A DNA stretch of 64,000 nt from NCBI GenBank assembly GCA_965221165.1, contig CBDCRP010000002.1, positions 544,001-608,000 on the forward strand. The letters are read 5' to 3'. The stretch comes from a bacterium. Lineage in GTDB: Bacteria; UBA8248. The notes under the pieces were generated by a model that was given only the letters and a program-made list of their open reading frames with translations, made no database searches and had not been told where the DNA came from. This document shows positions 28,607-42,921 of the stretch, piece after piece. Within the stretch, counting starts at the first letter, position 1. Each line of letters starts with the position of its first letter. Both the position numbers and the translations under genes were made by a program.

Positions 28607-29488
28607 TCAAGGGCCGACGCTTCCCCGGCGAATGGCCTCACCCATGCGCACCGCTTCGACAGCCGTCTCCACGTCGTGGGTTCGAATCATATCCGCCCCG
28701 CCGATCACGGCGAAGGCTTCGGCGACTTTCGAGCCGATCAACCGCTCTCCCGCCGCTTCGACGCCCGTGATCGCCCCGATGAAACCCTTTCTCGAAGCCC
28801 CGACGACCAGGGGATAACCCAAATCCCTGAGCACATCCATCCGCCTCAATATTTCGAGGTTGTGATCCCATGATTTTCCGAAACCGACACCCGGGTCGAT
28901 GAGAACGGACGCAATCCCGTCCCGCTCGGCCCGGCGCGCGCGCTCAAGGAGATAGCCCGACAACTCGCCCATGAGGTCCTCGTATTCGGGACTCTCCTGC
29001 ATCGTGCGCGGCTCGCCCTTCATGTGCATGGCGATGGCCGCCGCACCAGAATCTGCAATAACCGCACGCATCTCGGGATCACATAGGCCCGTGACGTCGT
29101 TTACCATGTGAACACCGGCTTCGAGCGCCGCCCGCGCCACCCCGACCTTAGACGTATCGACCGAAACGAGGGGGCCTTTGTCCTTGTCCATTCGCTCAAA
29201 AATCGGGATGATCCGCCGGATTTCATCCGCCTCGGCCACCCCCTGCGATCCGGGCCGGGTGCTCTCGCCGCCGACGTCAATGACGTCGGCTCCTTCTTCC
29301 GTCATCCGCGCGATCTGTTCGAGCGCCATCCCGAGGTCCAGAAATTCCCCGCCGTCGGAAAAACTGTCTGGCGTGGCGTTCAAGACGCCCATGATGCGCA
29401 CTCGCTCGAAATCAAGTTCACGTCCGCGACACTTCACGGCGGGCGCGGGAGTCCAGTTCACTGAGCTGAAGCGCAAGCCCTCCCTCAT
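28607..29488 (-). CDS. folP: Dihydropteroate synthase
   Basis: MGVLN.TPDSFSDGG, GGESTRPG, DPGVGFGK, SRKGF and RTHDV motifs. Confidence 0.97.
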   Translation of the reverse strand: MREGLRFSSVNWTPAPAVKCRGRELDFERVRIMGVLNATPDSFSDGGEFLDLGMALEQIARMTEEGADVIDVGGESTRPGSQGVAEADEIRRIIPIFERMDKDKGPLVSVDTSKVGVARAALEAGVHMVNDVTGLCDPEMRAVIADSGAAAIAMHMKGEPRTMQESPEYEDLMGELSGYLLERARRAERDGIASVLIDPGVGFGKSWDHNLEILRRMDVLRDLGYPLVVGASRKGFIGAITGVEAAGERLIGSKVAEAFAVIGGADMIRTHDVETAVEAVRMGEAIRRGSVGP

Positions 29489-30918
29489 GGGAGCGTCTCG
29501 GGGGGAAACGCGCTACCACTCTCTACGATCCGCTCCTCGCTCACCCAGCGGCGCCTGAGTTCTCCGGCGAGGAACATCGACCCCGTGATGATGATGAGGT
29601 CGTTCTCCCCCGCCTCCTCGAGCGCCTCGTCGAGCACCCCCCATGCGTCGATGCGCGTTTCCACGCCTCCGGCCCCCACCTCTTCGAGCGCGCGCGCAAA
29701 AACATCGGGCGCCAAGCCGGGCCTCGGCGCGTTCGCCGGAGGAAGCGTCACGAAAAACCTGTCTCCCACGGGTGCGAACACCTCCGCCATCCCGGCGAAA
29801 TCCTTGTCGTTCACCGCCCCGAGAACGAAGATGAGACGCTCGAACGCCCAGTTCGAGACACCCTCCACCAGTGCTTGCGCCTTATCGCGGTTGTGCGCGC
29901 CATCGAGCAGGACCTTAGGGCCGGACTGCACCAGTTCCATCCGGCACGGCAGGCGCGCCGAGGCCACGCCCCATCGCACCTCCCGATCGTCCAGCCCCAA
30001 GAGTCGGCCTGCTCCGGCGGCGAGGCTCGCGTTTTGGGCCTGATGAGCGCCGGGCATGGGGGTCGAGAAACCTTCCCACCGAATGCCGTCATCGAACTCC
30101 AGATCGAAAAAAGCGCCATTAGGGCGCAAGTCCAGGTTCTCCACGCGAGGCGGAGAACACAGAAGAGCCTCGCGCTCGAAGGCGACGCGCTCGATTTCGG
30201 CGCGCGCCTCGTGCGAGACGATTTGCGAGATGACGCGGCCTTTCTCCGTAATGATGCCCGCCTTGTCACGCGCAATCTGCTCGATGGAATCGCCGAGCAA
30301 ATCGGTGTGGTCCAGGCCGATCGAGGTGATCACGTCGAGTACGGCGGGACCCACGGCGTTCGTAGCGTCGAACGCGCCTCCCAGCCCCGCTTCCAGGACG
30401 AGGTATTCACACTCTTCTTCCCTGGCCATCAAAAGCAAAAGCGCGAGAGTCGACTCGAAAAACGAGGGCGGCCCGAACTCGGGTTCATCTGCCATCTGCG
30501 CGGCGGCGGCGGCGAGCCCTTTCGCGCATCGCCCGATGAGGTCGGCTTCGGCGAAACGGCCCCGAATCCAGAAACGCTCGAGGATCGAGGTGAGGTGGGG
30601 CGAGAAAAAAGCCGCCGTTCTCTTGCCCGACGCCAGGAGGGACTGCGCCATCATGAGCGCGGTAGAGCCTTTGCCGCTCGTTCCCACGACGTGAACCACC
30701 GACTGCCCCGCACCGGGGACTTCAAGGATTTCAAACAATCGTGCGGCCCGGGTGAGGCCCGGCCCCTCCACCTTGATGCCGCGAGGGTCAAAGCGCGTGC
30801 GCCAAGATTTCTTGGGCAGCGCGGCCAGGGCGTTCAGAAAAACCTCGACCCGCCGCAGCGTCTCGGACGGCGCGAGTGAATCTTCCAGAATGGGAGGGGT
30901 GAGGATATCTAGGGACAT
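29485..30918 (-). CDS. folC: Folylpolyglutamate synthase / dihydrofolate synthase
   Basis: HVVGTSGKGST, SPHL, EAGLGG..DATN, IGLDH and LDGAHN motifs. Confidence 0.92.
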   Translation of the reverse strand: MSLDILTPPILEDSLAPSETLRRVEVFLNALAALPKKSWRTRFDPRGIKVEGPGLTRAARLFEILEVPGAGQSVVHVVGTSGKGSTALMMAQSLLASGKRTAAFFSPHLTSILERFWIRGRFAEADLIGRCAKGLAAAAAQMADEPEFGPPSFFESTLALLLLMAREEECEYLVLEAGLGGAFDATNAVGPAVLDVITSIGLDHTDLLGDSIEQIARDKAGIITEKGRVISQIVSHEARAEIERVAFEREALLCSPPRVENLDLRPNGAFFDLEFDDGIRWEGFSTPMPGAHQAQNASLAAGAGRLLGLDDREVRWGVASARLPCRMELVQSGPKVLLDGAHNRDKAQALVEGVSNWAFERLIFVLGAVNDKDFAGMAEVFAPVGDRFFVTLPPANAPRPGLAPDVFARALEEVGAGGVETRIDAWGVLDEALEEAGENDLIIITGSMFLAGELRRRWVSEERIVESGSAFPPETLP

Positions 30919-30919
30919 C

Positions 30920-32461
<1,542 letters not shown>

Positions 32462-32464
32462 GGC

Positions 32465-33709
32465 CTATGTTTCCTCCCGGCGCACTTCGTATCCTTCTTG
32501 CAGCAGAATCTGTATCAACCGCTCGAGATGCTCACGCCCGCGCACCTCCATGTGTAGCGTCGAGAGTGTATGGTTGATGGGCACTTCCGTCGAAAGCCTG
32601 TCGTGCTCGATGTGGATGATGTTCACCCGGCAATCGGCCACGATCTTCGAAAGGCGCATCAGCGCGCCGGGTGCATCGTGCAGCGGCACCTGTATCCGCG
32701 CGTAGCGGTTCGCAAGGGCCAACCCCTTGCCGATGATCCGCGAGAGCAGGTTGACGTCGAGATTCCCCCCGCTGATCAGGGCGACCACCTTCCCGCTCAC
32801 CCTGGTTTTCCTCTCGATGAGCGCCGCCAGGGAGGAGGCTCCTGCCGCCTCGCTCAGCATCCGCTCCTGCTCGAGAAGTCCCAGAATGGCGTTGGCCATC
32901 GCATCGTCGGAGACCGAAACTACCTGATCCACAAGGTCCTGAATCAAGGGGAAACAAAGTTCTCCGTTTCTCTTGACGGCGATGCCGTCCGCAATCGTCT
33001 GAACCGTTTTCGACTCGATTATTCTCCCAGCATCCAGCGAGCGCATGAGCGACGCGGCCCCCTCCGCCACTACGCCGATGACGCGCACGTCGGGCTTTCG
33101 GGTTTTCACCACCGCGGCGAGACCCGAGATGAGGCCGCCGCCTCCGACGGGGACGATGATGGTTCCCGCATCCGGCACTTCCTCCAGTATCTCGAGACCC
33201 AAAGTGCCCTGGCCCGCGATGACGTCGGGGTGATCGAAAGGAGGTATCATCGTCAGGCCGCGCTCTTCCTCATAGACACGGGCGCGCGCATAGGCGTCAT
33301 CGAAGGATGCTCCGAACAACTCCGTCTCGGCGCCCAAGGCCCGTACGGCGTCGAGCTTGGTGTTCGGCGTGGCCTCCGGCATCACCACCAGGGCCCTGAC
33401 GCCCAACTGCTTTGCCGCGAAGGCGACGCCCTGGGCGTGGTTCCCCGCGCTCGCGGTGACGACGCCCCACTGGAGTTGCGCCGGTTCGAGTTTTTGCAGC
33501 GCGTAAAGGGCGCCGCGCACCTTGAATGAGCCCGTCCGCTGAAAATTCTCCGGCTTGAGATAAATCTCCACACCCAACTGCTCGGAGAAATGCTCGGTGG
33601 GACGGGTGGGAGTCGGCCTCAGATGAGAGGATATCGCCTCCGCCGCCCGAACCGCACCGGCGGCGATGAGCAATGGCTCCAGTGTTTTTTGTGATACTTC
33701 GGGTTCCAT
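32465..33709 (-). CDS. ilvA: Threonine ammonia-lyase with a single C-terminal ACT domain
   Basis: KPENFQRTGSFKVRGA, ASAGNHAQG, PVGGGGL and SGGN motifs; ACT domain (D.PG.L). Confidence 0.92.
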   Translation of the reverse strand: MEPEVSQKTLEPLLIAAGAVRAAEAISSHLRPTPTRPTEHFSEQLGVEIYLKPENFQRTGSFKVRGALYALQKLEPAQLQWGVVTASAGNHAQGVAFAAKQLGVRALVVMPEATPNTKLDAVRALGAETELFGASFDDAYARARVYEEERGLTMIPPFDHPDVIAGQGTLGLEILEEVPDAGTIIVPVGGGGLISGLAAVVKTRKPDVRVIGVVAEGAASLMRSLDAGRIIESKTVQTIADGIAVKRNGELCFPLIQDLVDQVVSVSDDAMANAILGLLEQERMLSEAAGASSLAALIERKTRVSGKVVALISGGNLDVNLLSRIIGKGLALANRYARIQVPLHDAPGALMRLSKIVADCRVNIIHIEHDRLSTEVPINHTLSTLHMEVRGREHLERLIQILLQEGYEVRREET

Positions 33710-33863
33710 TCGCACCTGTCTTCTTTGTCCTGTTCGAGGGGAAAAAGCGCCCCGCACAACCCCAACGCTCGCCCCCGTTCGATCGACGACTCCTTAGCGG
33801 CGCATCGGGAGACGCGAGGCGGGCGGTTTCGCGGTTTGTGGAGCGCACACCTGACTCATATCG

Positions 33864-34228
<365 letters not shown>

Positions 34229-34297
34229 AGATATTTTCATACTCTCGCGCCATCAATTACACAACCGACAAGCGGTGGGTCGCGCGAATGCGCCTCC

Positions 34298-34711
34298 TCA
34301 TTCCATCCCGCTGTCGATGGCGCGATTGGCGGCGGCGTCGGCCGCCGTATTTTCTCCGCGGCGCACATGGCGCACCTCAATGGAGCCGAATTCCCTGGCC
34401 GCTACCTTCGCCCGCTCATACAAGGGCTTGAGGGCCTTGTTCCTGACCCGATACTCACCGCTCCACTGGCGAGCCATGAGTTCGGAATCCGTCACGACTT
34501 CCACGCTCTCGGCGCCAAGCTTCACCGCGCGCTCCAGACCCAGCAAAAACGCCTGATATTCCGCCACGTTGTTCGTCGCCGTGCCCAGATACCTGGTTTC
34601 CTGCGCCACGCAATTGCCCGCATCGTCATACAACAGGGCGGCGGCCCCTGCAGGACCCGGATTTCCCCGCGCGGCGCCATCGGTGTGAATCCGCAGATGG
34701 CCCGTTCTCAC
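34298..34711 (-). CDS. rnhA: Ribonuclease HI family protein
   Basis: TDGAARGNPG, TNNVAEY, DSEL and HVRR.EN..AD..AN motifs; GTG overlaps the upstream stop. Confidence 0.92.
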   Translation of the reverse strand: MRTGHLRIHTDGAARGNPGPAGAAALLYDDAGNCVAQETRYLGTATNNVAEYQAFLLGLERAVKLGAESVEVVTDSELMARQWSGEYRVRNKALKPLYERAKVAAREFGSIEVRHVRRGENTAADAAANRAIDSGME

Positions 34712-35454
34712 TCGGCATCCACCGGCAGGCTCAACTCCACTGTCTCGCCTTCTTCGTAATACAGGATGCGGTGACAACTCGAACAAGTGTAAATCCTGTC
34801 CTTCGAATCCCTGATCTCCAAAAAGCGCTTGATGGTCTCCGCCGTGCGGCAACCCTGGCAGGTGCGATTAGCGACGGCGCAAACGGCCAGCCCTTTCCGG
34901 GATTTTCTCAAGCCCCTGTAGCGCCTCATCCAATCCTCGCTCACATCCTTTGCGAGGACTTCCGACTTACCGACAAACTCGTTCAATTCACGCTCGAACT
35001 CCGCCTGGTGATTCTCATACTTCTTCACCTCGCCCTGCACCTTGCCCCGCGCCGTTTCCAATTCGCCGCGCGCGCTCGCGAGCTTCTCCTCATACGCCGG
35101 CATATTCTCCATGATCTCGAGAACGGTATCCTCGATATCGCTGATTCTTTTTTGATAGCCCTCTATCTCCAGCCCCAGGGCGCGGTACTCCTCGTTCGTT
35201 TTCACGAGGGCCTGCTTGGCGCGCGTGTCTCTCAACTTCTGATCGAAGGATTGAATTTCCCCCTCCGCTTCGCGCAGTTTTTTCCTGGCGGCTTCCACCT
35301 CTTTTTCGAGTTCCTCCACGGACGACTCGAACCCCGTTAAATACCGCTTTTCCTTTTCGATGGAAACGGGAATTTTCGAAATCGCATCGCGGCATTCATC
35401 CATCTTGACATCAACCGCCTGAAGCTCAATCAATGCCGCCAATTCCGGGTGCAC
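34708..35454 (-). CDS. Coiled-coil protein with C4 zinc ribbon (DUF164 / CT398-like)
   Basis: L..LQ..D start, long coiled coil, CQGC...CSSCHRILY. Confidence 0.9.
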   Translation of the reverse strand: MHPELAALIELQAVDVKMDECRDAISKIPVSIEKEKRYLTGFESSVEELEKEVEAARKKLREAEGEIQSFDQKLRDTRAKQALVKTNEEYRALGLEIEGYQKRISDIEDTVLEIMENMPAYEEKLASARGELETARGKVQGEVKKYENHQAEFERELNEFVGKSEVLAKDVSEDWMRRYRGLRKSRKGLAVCAVANRTCQGCRTAETIKRFLEIRDSKDRIYTCSSCHRILYYEEGETVELSLPVDAE

Positions 35455-35500
35455 TGCGCCATACTCCTCGCATCGCTTCGGTGGTCAATCAGAAATCGCG

Positions 35501-35575
35501 TGGTGGGCCCACCTGGATTCGAACCAAGGACCAGCCGGTTATGAGCCGGCGGCTCTACCGCTGAGCTATGGGCCC
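35501..35575 (-). tRNA. tRNA with CAT anticodon, probably tRNA-Ile2 (lysidine-modified)
   Basis: GGGCCCATAGCTCAG...CCGGCTCATAACCGG...GGTTCGAATCC...GGGCCCACCA; fully paired acceptor stem, no initiator GGG/CCC anticodon stem. Confidence 0.93.
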
Positions 35576-35701
35576 GATAGCAGCGCGACCGTTAAGAGGG
35601 GCGCATCGGGGGATCGATGCATCCTCCGCCTCGGGCGCCCATTCGACTGTGAATATATGGCCCCCGCGCGCGTTCAATGTCAATCGCACGAGGTTTTCGA
35701 C

Positions 35702-37501
<1,800 letters not shown>

Positions 37502-37559
37502 CCCGCCAGGCAGTTGAACAACTGCGAGTCCATGAAAATTAAAATCTGCTTAAAACGCC

Positions 37560-39446
37560 TCAACGCGGGGAGGCCGCTCTCTGCCGCTCGCGCAGAAGCG
37601 CGTTTTTCCGCTCCAGCAGTTTCCATAGTTCAGGGGAATCCTCCCCTTCTTCCTTGCGCGTCTGTTCGATGACTTTCAGCAAATCCTCCTCTACCTTTCG
37701 CCGTCGACGTTCTTTGAGCCTCTCGATACAATCGAAGAGTTCCGCTTCCACCTCTTCGGGCTCCACCTCCACGACGGCCAGTTCCACTACCAGCGCGCGC
37801 GCTCCCGGACTCTCCAGCCTGTCCGCGAGAGAAGCCGCCGTGAGCGAAGCCGCATCCTTTGATTTCATGAGGGCGAGAACCTCGTTCACCGCCGGGTCTG
37901 TCATGAGGCCATCGGGCACCTCTAACGCCAACTCCGGTTTCATGAGCAAAAGCTGCAAGGCGTCCGTCTCGAATTTTGGACGCTCGAGGTTCTCCCCGAG
38001 CAAGTCGATCTTATTTTCCTCTTTTCGGGGCGATCGTTCCCGGGCGTTTTCCGCCAGCATCCGTTTCACCATGGCGGTCAGCGTGGGATAGGGAATCCCG
38101 AGTTGATCCTCCAGCAAAGCCAAATATTGGTCCTGAACGCTGCGGTGGCAAGCCCCGAGAATGGGCAAAAGCCGCTGGATGGCTTCGATTTTCTCTGCCT
38201 GGCCCGCGCCTGCGGCGATCCCGGCCATCGCGGCTTTGGCGGTGTTCTCCAAAATGCCCTCGGCGGAGGAGAGTATGCGGGCAAAATCCTCCGCGCCGTT
38301 TTCCCCTAAAAACGTGTCGACGTCGCGCCCTTCGGGCAGGTTCACCACCTTGAGGCGCACGGCGCCCGCTCCGTCGCGGTCGATGAAATCCTTACGCAGG
38401 ACATCGCTGGCCACGAGTTGATCGGGCGCGCCCGCGAGACCGAGCATCTGGCCCGCCACCGAACCTGCACGCTGAGAAGCCGCAAGACCCGCGGCATCGG
38501 GATCGAAGACGAATACGAGTTCCTCGGCGTGCGCCCTAAGGCTCCTGATGTGCTCTGAGGTCAGCGCTGTGCCGAGGGGCGCCACGGACTCTCGAAAACC
38601 ATGTCGCCAAAGCGAAATGACGTCGAAATATCCCTCCGTCACCAGGACGCGCTTTTTCTCGCGAATCGCCTCTCTGCCCTCATAAAAGCCATATAAGGTT
38701 CTTCCCTTCTTGAAGAGCGCCGTATCCGGCGAATTCACGTATTTCGCGGTGGCGTGGCGCGAATCGCTATCGGGCAGCGAGCGCCCGCCGAAACCCACTA
38801 TTTCGCCCTCGTGGTTGCGGATGGGAAACATGATGCGGTCCCTGAAGCGATCGTAAAACCCGCTCCCATCCTCGCGCCGAACGGCAAGGCCCGCATCCGC
38901 GAGTTCATCGGGAGACACTCCCCTTCCCCCCGCACCCTTGATGAGTGCATCCCAGCGCGGCGGCGCAAACCCGATCCGAAACCTCTCTCGCGCCTCGTTC
39001 GTGACGCCGCGCTCGGCCAGATACCGGCGGCCCCTCTCGCCCGGGTTGCTCTCGAGCGCCACCCCGAAAAAATCGGCCGCCATGCGATTTATGGCCAATA
39101 TCTTCTGCCGCGCCTCCGGTTTTTGGGGGCTTCGCCCCGAGGATTCCTCATAGCGGGAGAGGTCTATGCCCTGGCGCTTCGCCAGGCGCGAGAGCGCCTC
39201 GGGAAAGCTCAATCCCTCGTGCTGCATCAGGAACTGAAAGGCGTTGCCCCCCGCCCCGCATCCAAAACATTTGTAAATGCCCATGCGCGGGTTCACGTTG
39301 AACGAAGGTGTTTTCTCGTCATGGAACGGACAAAGCCCCTTGTAGTTCGTACCCGCTTTCTTGAGGGGCACGAACTCCCCGACGACGTCTTCTATCGGAG
39401 CGCCGTCTCTTATCTGATCGACTACCTCGTCAGGTACGCGTCCCAT
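37560..39446 (-). CDS. dnaG: DNA primase
   Basis: CPFH.EKTPSF..C.GC zinc finger, DRFRDRIMFPI, KYVNSP, EGYFD, TOPRIM DPD. Confidence 0.97.
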   Translation of the reverse strand: MGRVPDEVVDQIRDGAPIEDVVGEFVPLKKAGTNYKGLCPFHDEKTPSFNVNPRMGIYKCFGCGAGGNAFQFLMQHEGLSFPEALSRLAKRQGIDLSRYEESSGRSPQKPEARQKILAINRMAADFFGVALESNPGERGRRYLAERGVTNEARERFRIGFAPPRWDALIKGAGGRGVSPDELADAGLAVRREDGSGFYDRFRDRIMFPIRNHEGEIVGFGGRSLPDSDSRHATAKYVNSPDTALFKKGRTLYGFYEGREAIREKKRVLVTEGYFDVISLWRHGFRESVAPLGTALTSEHIRSLRAHAEELVFVFDPDAAGLAASQRAGSVAGQMLGLAGAPDQLVASDVLRKDFIDRDGAGAVRLKVVNLPEGRDVDTFLGENGAEDFARILSSAEGILENTAKAAMAGIAAGAGQAEKIEAIQRLLPILGACHRSVQDQYLALLEDQLGIPYPTLTAMVKRMLAENARERSPRKEENKIDLLGENLERPKFETDALQLLLMKPELALEVPDGLMTDPAVNEVLALMKSKDAASLTAASLADRLESPGARALVVELAVVEVEPEEVEAELFDCIERLKERRRRKVEEDLLKVIEQTRKEEGEDSPELWKLLERKNALLRERQRAASPR

Positions 39447-39472
39447 TCCACTACCTCATCAAAGAAAACGAA

Positions 39473-41833
39473 TCATCGGTGCAGGGCCAACTCCACGTTT
39501 GTGACGCCCCAGCCCCCTTCCTCCGGCCGGGCGGGGCCGAACTTCGACACCAGGGCATGTTCCTTCAAACGCTCCGCGATGATCTTGGAGAGAACCCCCT
39601 CACCCTTGCCGTGGACGATGCGAACCGACGCTATCCCCACGATCGCGGCGTCGTCGAGATATTTCTCCACCATCTCGAGGGCGCGCTCGGCGCGTACGCC
39701 GCGCAACTGGAGTTCGGGCGAGAAATCGCCCCCCCTCGATTCGACGTCGTGCGTCACCGTGACCCGCCTGTGCGGCGCGCTCGACGCATCATCCAAAACC
39801 TCCACCGCACTACAAGCCAGGCGCAGAGATTTGCCATTCACCGACACGGTCAGTTCATCCTCTCCGTGGAAAGCGAACACCTCTCCAGTACAGTTCATGA
39901 GCGGGATGCGGACCCTGTCTCCTACGCGGCACGAAACCGGGGCGCGCAGCACAGCCGCCTCCTCCCTCGGAGGGAGCGCTTCTTCGATTTTCACGCTCAT
40001 CTCACGGATGCGCTCGCGCGCGATTCGCTTGGATTCTTCCATCTCGTGCGCACCGCGCATCTCGTTCAGGAGGCCATCGGCCTCGCGCCTCAACTCTTTC
40101 AAAAAACGGGCCGCCTCATCGCTTTTTTCGAGTGCCTCCTCGCGCATCCGGCATTCCAGCTCGCTCTCCCGCGCCTCAATCTGCGCCCGCCGGGCCGCCA
40201 GGTCGGCTTCTTTTTCGGCAATCTCGCGTGCCTGATCGGAGAGATTCGCCATCAGGCGATCCACCTGAACAGGGCCTTTCATGAGCAGTGCATCCGCACG
40301 CGCCAGCACGGATTCGGGCAAACCCATCTTCTCGGCCACCGACATGGCGTTGCTCGGTCCCGCCGCACCCATGCGGATCCGGTAGGTGGGCGAGAGGTCA
40401 TCGGCATCGAACTCGACCGATGCGTTCTCGGCGTGCGCAGCCGCATAGGCGTAATGCTTGAGAGCGTCGTGGTGCGTCGTCACGATGCAAAGCGCGCCGC
40501 GCGCCGCCAGATGCTCGAGCACGGAGACGCCGATGGCGGAACCCTCGGCAGGGTCGGTGCCGGAGCCCAACTCGTCCAAGAGCACGAGCACGCCTTCTTT
40601 TGCCTCGCGCACCGCGCCCGAGACGCGCGCCATGTGGCCCGAGAAGGTGCTCAGGTTCTGATGGATGTCCTGCTCATCGCCGATGTCGGCGACGAGCGTC
40701 TTTACGACGGGAAGCGCGCTCTCGGGCGCAGCCGGTATGGGGACGCCGCACTGGTGAAGCGCCACGCAAAGGCCCACCGTTTTGAGCGCCACGGTCTTGC
40801 CGCCCGTGTTGGGTCCAGTGATGAGGAGTTGACGAACCCCGCCCCTTCCCACTTCGAGGTCGATGGGCACCACTTGTTCCTTAGGCACCGCACCCACACC
40901 CGCCGTGAGAAGCGGATGACGCGCGGCTCTTAGCCTGATGCTGCCGTCCGCGCTCGCCTGAGGACGCGAGCCGCGCCAATCGGCCCCCAGGCGTCCTTTC
41001 GCCCAAATGAGGTCGAGCGCCGCCAGGCATTTCACCAGATATTCGATGGACTCGCGCGCCGCCATCACCTCCGCGGTGAGTTCGCGCAAGATTCTCTCCA
41101 CCTCCGCGCGCTCGGCCTCGCGCTCCTCGGCAATGGCGTTGTTGACGGGCACCGCCGAAAGCGGCTCGACGAACACCGTCTCCCCGCTCGCGGAGCGATC
41201 CTGGATCACGCCCTCGAACGAGCGCCTGAAAACCGTTTTGGCGGGAATCAGATACCGCTCACGCCTCTGAACGATCAGATTTTCCTGAACCGCATTCGGA
41301 TGCGCGGCCATCACCCTGTCGAGCAGACGCCGTATCTCGGCCCTCAGCGCGCGCTGCTTGGCTCTCGATTCCTGAAGCTCGAAGCTCGCGTCGTCGCGCA
41401 CCTCGCCACGCTCATCGAGAATACGCCGGATTCGCGCGGCCAGAGGGTATTGCATGTCCGCACCATGAATGCGCATCCTGAGCCTGGGCAGCCTCTCGGC
41501 GCGCTCCTCCACGAAGCGGCGCACATCGGAGGCAAGATTCAGCAACGAGAGAATCGACAGGAATTTCTCGCCTTCGAGGTTCCCTCCGCGGCGCCTGATG
41601 TCCTCGAGCCATTCTCGCGGATCATCGAATGCAGACAGTGGCATGAACTCCCCGGCGCCGAGAAGCGCCATTACCTCATCCGTCTCATCAAGCAAGGTAT
41701 CGACTTCGAAAGACGATCTGGCCGGAACGAGCGCAGCAGCCTCAAGCGCGCCGGATGCGGAGGCGCAGCGAGCCTCCAGCAGCCTCAGTACACTCGCGAA
41801 TTCAATGCCTTGCAGTGTCCGATCATCCATCAA
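39473..41833 (-). CDS. mutS2: MutS2 with C-terminal Smr domain
   Basis: S.SG.T.FVEP, ITGPNTGGKT, DIGDEQ...LSTFS, LDELGSGTDP, KOW domain, Smr HGKG.G. Confidence 0.96.
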   Translation of the reverse strand: MMDDRTLQGIEFASVLRLLEARCASASGALEAAALVPARSSFEVDTLLDETDEVMALLGAGEFMPLSAFDDPREWLEDIRRRGGNLEGEKFLSILSLLNLASDVRRFVEERAERLPRLRMRIHGADMQYPLAARIRRILDERGEVRDDASFELQESRAKQRALRAEIRRLLDRVMAAHPNAVQENLIVQRRERYLIPAKTVFRRSFEGVIQDRSASGETVFVEPLSAVPVNNAIAEEREAERAEVERILRELTAEVMAARESIEYLVKCLAALDLIWAKGRLGADWRGSRPQASADGSIRLRAARHPLLTAGVGAVPKEQVVPIDLEVGRGGVRQLLITGPNTGGKTVALKTVGLCVALHQCGVPIPAAPESALPVVKTLVADIGDEQDIHQNLSTFSGHMARVSGAVREAKEGVLVLLDELGSGTDPAEGSAIGVSVLEHLAARGALCIVTTHHDALKHYAYAAAHAENASVEFDADDLSPTYRIRMGAAGPSNAMSVAEKMGLPESVLARADALLMKGPVQVDRLMANLSDQAREIAEKEADLAARRAQIEARESELECRMREEALEKSDEAARFLKELRREADGLLNEMRGAHEMEESKRIARERIREMSVKIEEALPPREEAAVLRAPVSCRVGDRVRIPLMNCTGEVFAFHGEDELTVSVNGKSLRLACSAVEVLDDASSAPHRRVTVTHDVESRGGDFSPELQLRGVRAERALEMVEKYLDDAAIVGIASVRIVHGKGEGVLSKIIAERLKEHALVSKFGPARPEEGGWGVTNVELALHR

Positions 41834-42246
41834 CCAGCACCCACGGATAATAGATTCAACGATGAATCATGCGCTTCGTCCGATAGCGGGACAAAACGGC
41901 GTATTCAGGAAATCTCGCTTCAAGATTTGGCGATTCTTTTCCGACATATCTCAATGGAATCAGTCGGCAATGCCTATGGGGCGAAGTAGTGCTCGGAGTC
42001 CTTCTCGTCGGCCGTTCTTCAAGGTGAACCGAAGAACGAAATGGCCATGAACAAAACAATGGGGACGACTCTTGCCATCCCGTATCTTTTTGAAATTCAA
42101 GAGTTTATAACATCAAACCCACAGATTGCGTATTATCTCCATTATCAATCGACAATATAGGAGTTGATAGTGAAATTGTCAAACAAAATGAAAATAATAA
42201 AATGTTGCTTTGAACGGCGAATCAGCGGATTTTCGGCGAAACGGCC

Positions 42247-42921
42247 CTATCTCTCGGATTCCGGCCTACCACCACGCCCGAACCGGCGCGCGAGTTCCGC
42301 AAAAACCCGCCCGGGCGGCACATCGTGCGCGGCCAGACCCACCAGGGCGTGAAACCACAAATCGGCCACCTCGTTCGTTATATCGTCGGGGTCGCCGTCC
42401 TTCATTGCCATGACGACTTCGGTGGCTTCTTCCCCGATTTTCTTAAGCACCCTATCCTCTCCCTTGGAGAACAGGCGCGCCACGTAGCTCGAATCCGTAT
42501 CGCCCGCCTTTTTTCTCTCCAGGATCAAGCGATAAATCGATTCGAGCAGATTCTGATCGAAATCGAGCACCGCACCGCCCCCTTCCCGCACAGGCGCCGG
42601 AACTTCGTTGAAAAAACACGACATCCGGTTCGTGTGGCAGGCCGGCCCGTCGGGCCTTACGATGAACACCAGCGCATCCGCATCACAATCGAGCCTCGCC
42701 GAGACCAGGCGCAGATAATTTCCCGACGTTTCACCCTTGTGCCAAAGTTCCCCGCGTGAGCGGGACCAGAAGTGGACGGTTCCCTTCTCCAGCGTGAGGC
42801 GGAGCGATTCCTCGTTCACCCAGGCGAGGGTCAGGACCTGTCCCGTCCCCGCATCCTGGCAGATGGCGGGGGCCAGACCCTGTTCGTTCCATTTGACCTC
42901 GGGAATGCCCGGCTCGCTCAC
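42247..42921 (-). CDS. hisIE: Bifunctional phosphoribosyl-AMP cyclohydrolase / phosphoribosyl-ATP pyrophosphatase
   Basis: SRSR..LW.KGETSG, DCDAD, ACHT...SCF, KKIGEEA.E and EVADL.FH motifs. Confidence 0.96.
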   Translation of the reverse strand: MSEPGIPEVKWNEQGLAPAICQDAGTGQVLTLAWVNEESLRLTLEKGTVHFWSRSRGELWHKGETSGNYLRLVSARLDCDADALVFIVRPDGPACHTNRMSCFFNEVPAPVREGGGAVLDFDQNLLESIYRLILERKKAGDTDSSYVARLFSKGEDRVLKKIGEEATEVVMAMKDGDPDDITNEVADLWFHALVGLAAHDVPPGRVFAELARRFGRGGRPESER

